64,000 nt of DNA from NCBI GenBank assembly GCA_951406725.2, contig OX597827.1, positions 79,422,001 to 79,486,000 of the forward strand, read 5' to 3'. Below are positions 27,501 to 39,840 of the stretch, piece by piece. This stretch comes from Octopus vulgaris. Lineage: Eukaryota. Under the pieces are notes generated by a model that saw only the letters and a list, made by a program, of their open reading frames with translations, was not told where the DNA came from and searched no databases. Made by a program: the position numbers and the translations under genes. Within the stretch, counting starts at the first letter, position 1; each line of letters begins with the position of its first letter.

Positions 27501-28993
27501 AGATTCATCTTCCCCTTTCAACTGGAAATAAATCTAATGGAAACAACAATTACATTTTACTCTGTATAAGGTTTCTATTATTTTCATAGTGGAAATATTT
27601 TTGTAACCACCAGATTAAAATGTCATCTTGTTAGAATGTTAAGTATGATAGAATCTTAAAAGAAAATAATTTAATAATTGCCTATAATTCATATAAAGAT
27701 TGGTTTAGAATATGACATATTTAAGTGAAATCATTAGCTATTAATATAATCTACAAATCATAAATGCTAGCAGAGTCAGAAGATTATTTGTTGAAAATTT
27801 TTATCTGCCATCTGTATATAGTTTCTTTTCTTACTTCAGAAGTAGTTTTGGTTGCTTGCTTTTATATTCTGAAATGTAAAAATATAGGAGAAAATATTTC
27901 ATCCAAGAGACTTGATTTCTGCTTTCTTATAAATCACATAATATCATTTTGATATGAATTAGGCTTAAAGCGTTAGCAGCACATTTTCAGAGTTATAGTA
28001 GATTTGTATATGTAGCATGTTTGTTATATAGTATCTATAAATCTACAGTAATAAACACTCAGTCAACTTGGTAAATGGCATGCGGAAATTCATACTTGCT
28101 TTTTTTCAAAACTGGAAATTCTTTCATAATTTTTAAAACTTTAATGAGCATGCCTTTAATACTAGTACACTTGAGAGTCATCTAAGCATATAATTAATTA
28201 ATAAGTAATAAAATTAATTAACTCATCAAGAATAGATTAAGTGAAGTGTAATGGATAATTTAATTAATTATTGCACTTAATGCAATGATATAAATAAATA
28301 AGTACAGCACAATAAAGTAATGTAGATGTACAGGATGTTTGGGATAAGTTTGACAATTTATTTATGTTTTCTTTTCTCAGGATGCATTGGTTAACAGTTA
28401 ATGGCATCAGAGAGCATAATGATTAAGTTATAGTTCAGAAAAAGCTGACATAGAGGACTGGAAGCCAACTGAATATTGGACAAGAGATTTCTCTATATAG
28501 ATATATTTTCCAGAAACAGGGAAGCATTGTGAATTTTGTGTCATGTGGCTGGCTGTATGTTGATACAAAAGAAACAAGTTCTCAATAAGGAATCAGTTCA
28601 ATTCTTCACAGATGCAACCTATAAGGTTACATATACACAGTGATCAATTACCTATTCAGTTGGTATAATTGAACTTGATCCATATAATTTATAAACAATA
28701 GAGTAGTCTGTACAAGAGTCATTCATTATGAGTATATAAGATAAGAATTTGAGTCAATATAGTTGTTTGTGAAGCAATATAGTTAGTATGTGACTGCTTT
28801 TAGAATAATCAAATTGACCTAAAAATGAATGAATGAATGTTTTCTGATTTTAGTGAGTTGACTGCAGCAATGCTGGGGTACTGCTTTCAAGAGTTTTAGT
28901 TGATCATAGGGATCTTTGCATTTGGTACTTTTTGACAAGAAAGAATGCAATCCAACACCAGTTTACACTTAAATCATCATCATCATCATTTAA

Positions 28994-30750
28994 CCCCATG
29001 ACAACAATTTTTTTTCTTATCAAGTGACTAGGGTGCATTGATGGTAATTATCTCAGCTGAGATTAGCAATTAACACACAACAAATGGTTCAGCGTATATT
29101 TATATCAACTGCTTTAACCAGTTTACGGTGGTGATGGTAATCATGCTGAGTGAAGCCACCACTCAGTGTGAGATAATGTTCATTGTATATTTACATCAAC
29201 CACTTTCATGCAAGAACTGTTTGTTTACCTAAACTATATTGCTGTGCAGGATGCTCATGTGGCGAGTTTGACTTTGCCTTTCATCCTTTCAGGGTTGATA
29301 AATCAAGTACCAGTGAAACACTGGGGTCGATGTAATCGTTTATCTCTCTCCAACAAAATTTCAGGCCTTCTGCCTATTGTAGAAAAGAGTATTCCTGAAG
29401 ATCATTCGTCAGCACAAGCCAGATCAACTTCATGTATTTACTATCATGTGATTTCAAAAACGTTTTTCTTGTCACAGCACACTAGAGTGAGAATGCCACT
29501 ATTGGTGCATTGGTACACTGTTTCTCCCTGTCAAAGTTTTATCCTGTGAAGATCATATTTTTCCTGTGCATCTTCATCTTCACAGTCCCATAGGCGTTAG
29601 TCCTCCTCACCTGCAGTTGCAGGAATAGGTTTGAACTAGAAAACCAGATGTCCGTATAAACATTGTAGCCTTTATCAAAGAAGTTTTCATTTATAACAAC
29701 ATGACTTCAGTTAACACTTGAGTAGACACTGGAAGATCCACTCTCTTGACCAGTGTAGATTTTGTAATTCTATGTGTATCCATAAACTCTGCCAATCGAC
29801 TGGCATACTTTATAAACCTTGACTCCAAAGCAGGCATGTTTGGTTGGGTTGTATTGTTTGAATTGGTGCCTTCCCTTGAATTTCCACAACTCTTAGCCAT
29901 GTAAATGTCTTGCGTAGGGACATACATTGTTTTGAAATTGTCAGCCACTTCATCAATGATTGGATGTATCTTGTGCAGCCCGTCATTCTGGTTCTTACCT
30001 GAGTTGAAACGTAGCTTTTGAAGAAGCACCAAAAATTGATCATGTGGCATTGATTCCAGAAAGGAAAGTGTTGATGTAGCTGGATCCTGATTCCGATATG
30101 ATGCCAGGGTCAGTTTCTTCACAAAACCTATCAGTATCAGCAGGGCAAGCAAAACTTTGATTTTGTGCCTTGTGGTTGGAAACCAATCACTGTCATGGCA
30201 GAGTCTGATATGATAGGGTTAGTTTTCAGAATAGTCATTCATTTCATCTGCTATGTATTGGAACATTTCATCCATCAAAAACTTGTGGAAGATTTCCACT
30301 CGTAAACTTCAATGTTCAAGGTTTTCCTTTATCCCAGGTGTACCAGTAAACACATGCTTTTGGACGAAATTGTCTCTTACCACACATTCTGTTGTCCAGG
30401 GTCATTCACTGCTGCCCACCTGTACTTTTGATTCACCAGAATATCATCATCACTATTGGAATCATCTGATTCTGAACTAGGAAAATATTCACTCTCTGAG
30501 TCACCATCTGAACCAGAAAAAACAACTGGTGAAGTGGTGGAGCTTGGTGGAGCTTGGCATGACAACTGTGAATTTGATGGAATAGGACGTGACGATGAAG
30601 TTGATAGAGCTGGAGTGGTAGGATGTGATGACTGTAAATTCAATGAAACAGGATGTGATGACAAAGTTGACAGCGCTGAAGTGGCCAGACCAGCCTATCA
30701 GGTTGTAAAAATTTACATGAAACATCTAATTGGCCTATCAGTTGGTAGAT
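28994..30750 (-). mobile_element. Decayed piggyBac-like transposon
   Basis: TTAA|CCC terminus at 28990-28996. Minus-strand fragments MFQYIADEMNDY, WFPTT..KVLLALLILIGFVKK, KIHPIIDEV..NFK.MYVP, FGVKVYKVC, preceded by an acidic Ser-rich N-terminal region. Other end not located. Confidence 0.7.
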
Positions 30751-30859
30751 AGCCCAGTACTAACTTAGACAACAGGTTCTAAGTCAGGTGGCATATAATC
30801 ACACTGACCAATTGAATGCATGTACATTGTGTGCATAAATTTCCATCAACCATTTTAAA

Positions 30860-31290
30860 AAGGTTTAAATCCGTCTTCCATATTACCATTGGTTGGATGG
30901 TTTGACTGGAGCTTGCAAGCCAGAGGACTTCACTAAGTTCTACTGTCTGTTTTGGTATGGTTTTCATATTCTTCTTAATGCCAACCATTTTACAGAGCAG
31001 ACTGGGTGATTTTTATGTGACACCAGCACTGGTGAGATCTGCTTTGGTATGATTTTTATAGCAGGATGCCCTTCCAAATGCCAACCACTTTACAGTGAAC
31101 TGGATGTTTTTTACATGGCACCAACATTGGTGTGGTCACCAAGTAACTTGCAAGACAAAGATCCTTTGAGAGGGGTGGTGGTATTGAAGGAGGTGACTTT
31201 GTGCCAGGTGATGAGAGACTAGAGTATGACAGAATGACAGAAATAGTTATCTTGCTGTAGAGGAGATACATAGGTACCCCAGTCAGCAGG
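30860..31290 (-). mobile_element. RTE-tail-related non-autonomous repeat (related copy ~40760-41200)
   Basis: Shares ggttggatggtttgac and ggatgcccttcc..gccaaccac with the RTE 3'UTR. Confidence 0.6.
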
Positions 31291-31913
31291 TAAAAGAGAG
31301 ATAGAGAATGAGGAAGAGAGTGACGATATGCCAGAACATACTTTCAAGGTACAAGGATGAGAGTATAAATAAGATGGTTGAGGATTGCCCAGAGTTCATG
31401 TGAATGCAATATGGGGGGAAGGGATGGGGAATGCAGGGACTAGTGAAACTCAGGATGATAGGGGATGACAGGATAGCAATGACAGAGTTAACAAGGCAGG
31501 GAGGACAAGATCGGGCTGCAGGAGGGAGAGATAAACATACAACATGAAGAAGAACAGATGTGAGGAATAGAAGATGAGGTGGGTGAGGATTCTCAAGAAC
31601 CTCATATCACCAGGCATCTAGCTTCATTGTTCATTTCCTCTGTGAGGCCGAATATTTTAAGATCAGCCCTCACTATTTCATCCCTTGTCTTCTTGGGTCT
31701 TCCTCTTTCACTAGTGCTATACACTTTAAGCAATTGGCACTTCTTTATACACCTGTTTTCATTAATATGCATCACATGTCCACAATTAGATCCTGCAATT
31801 TTTTCTTAATGACTTGTACACTTAATTTTAGTTATATATCTATTGTGTTTCAATATTAAAAAATGCATACTTGTAAATAAAGCAAATCAAAATTGCAATT
31901 CAGTGAGACTTAC

Positions 31914-32035
31914 CTGCATTGCCCAATCCATTGTTGTTACAGTATGTAACTAGACAGATATCCTGGTACAGTATTCCTGTGTAGCAGTGATGTTGCAATA
32001 GCAATATATTGATGAACTGGAATTGTGAATCAGGC
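31914..32035 (-). promoter_or_regulatory. Orphan protocadherin-type leader exon / promoter module
   Basis: Donor CAATGCAG|GTAAGT; TGTGAATCAG at 32024-32033. Aligns by eye along its length with the leader at 59613-59741 (aatccat..agtatgtaa..atgaactg..ttgtgartcag). Confidence 0.65.
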
Positions 32036-33257
32036 AGTAGGATAGAGTAGCAAAAAGCAATGAATACATACACATGTACATAGATATGTATGTGTGTGGT
32101 TGTATGTATGTTCTTTTTCTCTTTTTAATTTAGACTTGATTTTGATCAGCCACCTGCAAGTTTATGAAGGAAAACATCTACTTTTGTTCTTTAAATCTTA
32201 AGATCTTGCAGAATGTTATCGTTCCAAATGATATAATCATTTCTATCATATGAATTAAGGAGCTGCATTCTCTCCCCAAGAACCTAAGTTCAGCCATTTT
32301 TTGCTCCAGGTGGGTTGGTACATAATAATAGGTGTGAAGCTGAAACAGTATCTTGAGTACTATCAATTTGCATGTATGGCTAAATTCATGAAAGTAGCTT
32401 ATAAAAATTTTATGAAGTAAATAAAATGGTGCTATTTTTCTTCAGTAGATTTTGATTTCAATTTTTGTTTTACTCTAATCATGATTTAATAAAGTGTTTT
32501 ACTTTTCATTTTTACAATTACAATTTTCAAATTACAAAATATAATTTTTAAAAAATACCTAAGTTTCTTAAAGTAGAAGATAAAATCTTAAAAACAGCCC
32601 TTGAACTAGCATTAGCTCCTAAACTTAACTAGTTCACTTTACTTCACTTATCTTTCTAATAATAATCCCAGAAAAAAAAAAACATGAGAGTTACAACATC
32701 CACTTTCTCCTTTTTTATATTAATCACTTATTGATGAATAGTTCTGATCATGAAAGGTGAGAAAGGAATTGATGGCATGTGGATAAAATATACCTTTGCC
32801 ATTAGTTTTTAAGCAAAATATTTTAAAATTACATTCTTTTCTCAAATAATGTGTATATAAACTGAACATTATCTATAATTTGTATTATATATTGGTTTCA
32901 AATCTTGGCACGAGGCCAGCTAGTTTGGGGAGGGGTGAGTCAGTTACATTGACCCCAGTGCATCCTGAAAGGATGAGAGGCAAAGTCAACCTTGGTGGAA
33001 TTTGAGCTTAGAATGTAATGAGATATGAAATGCTGCTAAGCATTTTGCTCACCACCTTAATTCGTATTATAGGGAAGAAAATTCAACTGAAGTTACAGAC
33101 TTATAGGAATGTTATCAAGTGCTATTTAGATTCTATGTTGATTAAGGAAAATAACATTTATAAACCATTCATCTTACTGAATTGAATATTGTTTGTGAAA
33201 ATGATAAAATTTTGGGGAGATTATTTTGCATTATTTTTCTAAAGTACAAATTGCATG

Positions 33258-33337
33258 CTATACAGGCTCTAGATAGGTTTCTTGTTCTTGATCATGTTTT
33301 GGTGTAGGAGGTATGTTTGGTCGATAGTTACTGTATT
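33258..33337 (-). CDS. Protocadherin gene B terminal exon E3
   Basis: tttttttcag|AA TAC...GTA TAG; 80 nt; (E)YSNYRPNIPPTPKHDQEQETYLEPV*. Four clear paralogs in the window. Confidence 0.88.
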
Positions 33338-33610
33338 CTGAAAAAAATATAAAAACATAGTTTACTGTATTGTTTTCCATGAGATATGTATATTTTTAAA
33401 ACTGTTTACTAAATTTATAAGATTCTTTGTTTCTTAGAAATAAAATCTAACATTAACTATTTTAAAATGCTAAAAGCTATTTTGAATTATTTTTTGTTTT
33501 ACTAAATAATAAAATTTTATTTCATTCATACATTAACATTGAAAATATTATCTTGATATGCTTTTTTGACTGTTTTCAATTAGAATGTTCTGATATTACT
33601 ATATAATTAC

Positions 33611-33770
33611 CTGATGCTCCAGATTTCTGAGATGTAATGTCACCTTCACTCCACCCACGGTTCCGTTCTTTAAGAGAGGGTAGTGTATCATTTAGATTGT
33701 TTGATGTCACAATGCTGGCATTAAAACATTTTTGTTCAGTTGAACTCTCTTCCACATCCTTATTGTAATG
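33611..33770 (-). CDS. Protocadherin gene B cytoplasmic exon E2
   Basis: ctgacag|CAT...TCA G|GTAATT; 160 nt; HYNKDVEESSTEQKCFNASIVTSNNLNDTLPSLKERNRGWSEGDITSQKSGAS. Confidence 0.88.
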
Positions 33771-35904
33771 CTGTCAGATAATAATAATCATGAAAGTTAC
33801 TTGGAACAAGTTATATGAAGTTTTTACATTACAACTTGATACATAAAGTATATTTGTATACCCTATCTCCAATGCAACTGTAAGGAACATGGAAAGATAG
33901 AAGATACGGAATACAATGCCTTTATCATCATCATTTGACATTAATTTTTCTATGCTTACATGAGTTAGATGTTTCATCTCCAGTATATCTTAACACTTGC
34001 TATGGTCCATCATAATCTCCTTTGAAAGGTCTTCTTCTTCAGCAGAATTCTTCCCCTTGGATCCCTTAGTTTTGTTCCCCTAATTGTCTTCCTTCTTATA
34101 TCTCATGTATCTATACCATTATAGTTTTCCCTCCTACATACTACAGCTGATTCTTTTTATGCTCCTTTTTCTATTAACTTATCTATTCTCTCATTTACAC
34201 TCATAGCACATTCAAAAAGGTATGTTCACCACATTTCTTTCCAGCCTTCACATCTCCTACCCATATTTCATAACAATGCAATTCCACACTTCATACCCAA
34301 GCATCATAGAAACTGCCCTTCATTCATTTAGGAAGACTTTTGTTGCCAAGGTAATTGCTGCCTTTCCTTTGGTTCCCATATTTTCACAACACTCACCTCC
34401 TCTGTTGGTTAGATCACCAACATAACAGAAATTATCAATACTTCTAGCTGGTTCTGGGCATTTGAAAGAATTAATTTCATGAGAATCCTTGCTGCTATGG
34501 TTTTATTTAATACTGTACTCTGTAAAGTGGTAGGAGTTAGGAAAGGAATCCTGTCATAGAAATCATACCAAATCAGACTGGAATCTGATGCAGCTCTCCA
34601 GCTTGCCAGCCCTGGTCAAACCGTCCAACCCATGCCAATACGGACAACAGACATTAAATGATGATGTACCATCAGCATCTGTATAAAGAATTTCAACAAA
34701 GTATGCAAAATGACATCAAAATAATTGGTCAGTGATAAGAAATAGCTATACACATGTAATTTTTTTGATTGACTGTATAGAGGTAAAAGCAATGTACATT
34801 AATGGGGGAAGGTAACTATTGTAAAAGTTGGCAAAAGATGACGGAAAAATTCACAACTAATATCATTGGATCTCACATATTTGATGATACAAAATTAAGA
34901 CATAATAAAGTATTGTAAGAAAGAGAAAATATAATTTCATTCTTTAAAAGTAAGTAGCGTGACATTTACCTAAACGTGAAAAAAGTGATAACCTATCTTA
35001 TGATGAGCTAGAGTGAACCAGTGAATGGAATAAATATAATCCAGGTCTATCTGTGTATGTGTGTTTTGGGTATTTTTGTAATAATCGTGTGTATGATATG
35101 TTTATGATACATAACACTGCTTAACAAAATTTTAATTTTTTTTCAGAAAGTGTTCAAAGGAAGTGACTATTATTTCCTTCAAAATTTGCTTTTGTGACCT
35201 GGACATCAATGTTTTGAAACTGACCTATTTTCTATTACATTTCAGATAGATTCAGCACTGAGTTACTGAAGTAGAAATATCCTTATAGCAAATATTCTGC
35301 TCAATACTACACATTTGCTTGTCAGTTGCTTGATTTTAACCACTTGGGTATGTCCATTAGTGGCTGACAATATATGCATCTCTGATCATGAGCAGGAGTA
35401 GTGGGGGAGTATCATAGACGTGTGTTAAGAGGGATTCTTTGGGGTTTGAATAAATGCAACAAAAGCAAAATTTGAAGGAAATATTAGCCATTTTTCATTC
35501 TTTCTAGGGGTAAACAAATAAGAAATAACAATTGTCACCCAAGGACAAAAATCGTATTTCACAGTGTAATTAACTATTAGTTGTTGATAAATAAAGAATA
35601 TTTTCAATTTAAAATGAAAGCAAAATCTCTGAGTAATTTTTGATTATAATTTGCATGAAGCATGTCTGAGGTAAACATGAGATAGTATTGGGGGTTGTTT
35701 AACCTAGCCTGAGGATTGTAATCTCTTGTGAATAGAGGAAATGAAGAATTTGTTTTAGAAATGAATGTTATGTGTCATTGGTACTGTGAATGAGAATAGT
35801 CAGTTTCTAAATAACTATGAGCTATTTACTTATATTTAGATACGAGGTAAAAATATACAAACTATTGTTAATAACAATGAAAACAGCTAGTAGTGAAATA
35901 AGAA

Positions 35905-36195
35905 TAACAAAAGCACCATTCAAGTGTGGTCAATGCCAGTACCACCTGACTGGCATGTAAAAAAGCACCATTTGAGCATGGTCAATGCCAGTGCCGCTTG
36001 ACTGGCTCCTGTATCGATGGCACATAAAAAGCACCCACTACACTTTCAGAGTGGTTGGTGTTAGGAAGGGCATCCAGCTGTAGAAACCTTGCAAGATCAG
36101 ATGGGAGCTTGGTGCAGCCTCTTGGCTTGCCAGTCCTCAGTCAAACCATGCAATCCATGCCAGCATGGAAAGCAGACATTAAACGATGATGATGA
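35905..36195 (+). mobile_element. RTE 3'UTR-derived short element ending in (GAT)n (similar copies ~34510-34665, ~51750-51925, ~57090-57443)
   Basis: aaaagcacc..gagtggttggtgttaggaagggcatccagctgtagaaac..ccatgccagcatggaaa..ttaaacgatgatgat. Confidence 0.8.
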
Positions 36196-36428
36196 ATTAG
36201 AAGGATATAAATTTTTATGATTATATGATATTTAAGACTGAACATTTTAAAAAGTATGTTTCCTAAGTTTACAGTTCTCAAAAATTATCAGTTCTTAATA
36301 ACATACTAGTATATGACCCATTGTTTTATGCTTGTAATAAGTAATACTTTGCTTTATTGAATTATGGGTATATATACAGGAAAGAATTAAGTTAAAGAAG
36401 GTAAAAGATATTGAATTAAAAGAAACAT

Positions 36429-36655
36429 TTAACCTTTTAGCACTCAGATTATTCTGTCAATGTACTGCTTATTTATTCACATTGTTTTTAGTTAATCATG
36501 TATTACTTCGTAGCTTTGAGATTTTGATGATGTGATTGTTTAATTTTAGAATGACATTGTAGGGTAGGTGTGATATGCCAGATCTGGGCAGCTTGAACAT
36601 TAAGCTGGTTAGAAATTGTAGCCAGATGTGGCTGGTTTAAATGCTAAAGAGTTAA
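36429..36655. mobile_element. TTAA-flanked MITE (piggyBac-type non-autonomous)
   Basis: ttaa-ccttttagca ... tgctaaagag-ttaa: imperfect TIRs bounded by TTAA on both sides. Confidence 0.7.
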
Positions 36656-37258
36656 CAGATCAAAATACATACAAGTCTTAACATCATTGTTATTTTCTGA
36701 TGTCTCTAAAGAGTGTGTCAGTTCGTGAGGTAGTTGAGGAGTATAAAAATGACTGTAAGAAAATAATCCGCTTTTCTGAAATAATTGAATGTAGGAAAAT
36801 GAGGTGGACAGTGCCTGTGAGTTGTCTAGGTTGACTGTGTTTTGAGTGAGAGCTTGAGGTAAAAACAGTGATTGATAGATGGGTAGGTAGATAGACTGAT
36901 AAATTGAAAGACAAATAGATCTTTTAAAATAAGTTGCTTGTTACAAGTTTATATAAAAAAATATAAATCACCATTCTTTCTTTCTCTATCTCATCTCCTT
37001 CTTTCCTCCCTCTTTCTCTATATAATGACACACACATATACATACACATGGATACAGTCTTACAAATATAACAACACTATTATCTGTCTGTCTCTCAATA
37101 TGTATGAATGTATATACACAGATATATGCATTTAAATTTCTCAACATGACTGTTAAAAACATTTAGCAGAGTTAAAAAAAAAAAACTAAGACCTTTGAAA
37201 GTAAGAAGTTTTTTTAATAAGTTAATTAAATGTCTTAAAGAAATGCATTTGTGTACGT

Positions 37259-37333
37259 ACATACATACATACATACATACAGATAGACAGAGAGACAGAC
37301 AGACAGACAGGCATAGAGAGAGAAAGAGAGAGA
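37259..37333. repeat. Compound microsatellite (ACAT)n/(AGAC)n/(AG)n
   Basis: Seen directly. Confidence 0.9.
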
Positions 37334-37443
37334 GGTAGGGTGGTTGTAAACACACCAGAAATTATGTTACAGAAGGACAAATTTCACAAAAATTACAATA
37401 ATAATTGCTATCTAAATAACATTATGGTAAATAAATATCTTAC

Positions 37444-39840
37444 CTGTGGAACTGGTGGCAATCGCCTAGGTGTCGTTGAGAATTTCCATTCATTGGCCAC
37501 CTGTTCCATTTCTGGGTAATACGGGCTTTTAGGTTTAATTGACTGAAGATTTCGGCTAAATATCTCTTCTGCATTTCTGGTTATTGCAACTGGATTGTTA
37601 GTCTGATACAGTATTTGTCTCATCTCAGTCTGAGAGAGAAATTTTGGGTTGTGTGCTGTTTCAGGGGCACTATTGATGTGATTAATACATCTGAAAACAC
37701 ACAGTGTTATTGACACTACAATAGCCACAGATAGTATTACAGCTGCTGCTACAATGATAATTATCCAAGTCATATTCAGGTTGTTACCAGCCTGTGAGTG
37801 GACAACAGTCAACATTGGAGATGTATCATTACTAACAAACAGTGTTAGTATGATAGCAGTTGTTGCTGATTGAACTGGAGTACCACCGTCTTTCACTATA
37901 AACTGCAGCTCATATGTTCCTGCATCATTTTGGTAAACTGTGCGAGAGAAAGATAACACAGCAGTGTGTGAGTTCACTGTAAACAGGTTTTTATCATTGG
38001 ATTTCAGTATTCCATATGTGAGGAAAGCATTGTTTCCAGTGTCTTTGTCAGATGCTTTCAGAATTGTGATGTCCTTCTTACTGTGTGGATGGTAGTGGAC
38101 ATCGAGATTGTAAGGGTCATTATTAGGAAATATAAAATATGGAGCATTGTCATTTTTATCTAGAATTTCTATAAGAATATTGGCAGTGTTATTCAGTGAT
38201 GGTGTCCCATTATCTTTGACTAAAACATGTAAATTATAGATGTCTTTTACTTCCCGATCTATTGGTTGTGATGTAGAAATGAATCCATATTTTGTCAGTT
38301 GGAAAGGAATGTTATCATTGTTGTTATCATTGATGATAGAATATGTAAGTTGGCCTCCATCTCCAAGATCAGGGTCTGTAGCATTGATGAAGCCAATAGG
38401 GAAGTCAACTTTCTGGTTTTCATAGGTGAGGAATTGGAATGTCTCTTTGGTAAAATGTGGCTCTACATCATTGACATCAGTTACTTTGACAGAGAACTGT
38501 TTCTTAGTCTTTAGTGGAGGTGATCCCATGTCATGACATACAATCGACACAACATAATGGTCTATAGTTTCTCTGTCAAGAGGTTCTTTCACCAATATTT
38601 TATATTCTTTAGAACCCATATTAGAAAGCTGGAACATTTTATGGTGAATATTACATTTAATTTGTCCATTAGGTCCACTATCAGTGTCAATGACCATAAC
38701 ATAAGCTATAAAACTCCCAATTTTACTTGCTTCTGAAATAGCAGCAGAATTCACTGTTAAAGGTGATACAAAATCTATATTTATTGCTGGAGCATTATTT
38801 TGATTACTTATTACATTGATTATTAGAGTGGCTTTAGAACTTAAAGATGGTTTTCCTCTATCCTTGGCTTGAATATATAATTTATATTTTTGCTGTTTAT
38901 TTCTGTAAAAATCCTCATTTAGGAATATCTCTCCATCTGGTTTCAGTTTGAAATGGGTTTTGAGATAAGAGCTTGTTTTTTGATAAAAGTTATATGTGAT
39001 ATTACCATTTTGACCTGAATCTAAGTCTGTGGCTGATAAAACAAAAACAGGAGAAGATGTATGATGTGTATCACTGATTGTGATGTTGTACATCTGCTGA
39101 GAAAACATAGGTCTATTATCATTGACATCAATAACAGATATTTCTATGTTCAGAGTATCTTCTTTGCGAGGAGAACCACTATCCTTTGCAACTAACTGTA
39201 ACATATAAGTGTCTTTTAATTCTCTGTCTAACTTACCTTCTAGTGCTATTTTAAGTATTTTCATTCCATCAAACTCTTCGAATATTGATAATATAAATGT
39301 ATTACTTTTATCTTTCAGTTCATATGTGATGTTAGAATTGAAAATACCAATGTCTTTATCCACAGCATTTGGTATTGATTTTGTCGAACCTTTTGCTTCT
39401 GTTTCATAAAATTCTAATTTAATTTGATCTTCTGGAAACTCTGGTTGGTTATCATTAATATCATCAATTATTATCTTTATCTTTAATATTCTTATGAATG
39501 TTTCTTCTTTCCTAACAGCTACCTTGACAATTTTAAAACATTCTTTTTTGTAAATGCATAGAGATTCAGCATCAAGTGTGTGTGTAGTGTATAGTTTCCC
39601 AGAGTTAGTGACATTGAATAAGTGAGATCCCATTGACATTGTTCTTTGTAACTGTGTAAATGTAATGGGAGTTCCCTGATGATGTTTGAGAGATTGAGAA
39701 AAGTTAGAATCAGCAGCAATGTCTCCTATGTAAGTGTGAGGACTATCTTCTTCGTTGACATGGTAAGTGATATCTACACTTAGGACACTGTGTAGTAAAG
39801 TATGTAGTAGACAGATGAATAAGCCACTCTCTTTTGTCAT
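37444..39840 (-). CDS. Protocadherin gene B, large exon (signal peptide, EC1-EC6, TM, proximal tail)
   Basis: 799 open codons with six cadherin repeats and a TM helix; donor CCA CAG|GTAAGA. Joined to 33611-33770 and 33258-33337 it gives a predicted 878-aa protein. Confidence 0.95.

Noticed and set aside
30253-30752. Cluster of overlapping ORFs on both strands
   Set aside because: Low-complexity Ser/Asp-rich N-terminal region of the piggyBac relic.
37470-37495. WKFSTT as a WIRS (WAVE-complex binding) motif
   Set aside because: It lacks the required Phe after Thr/Ser (FSTT/FSAT, not FxTF).
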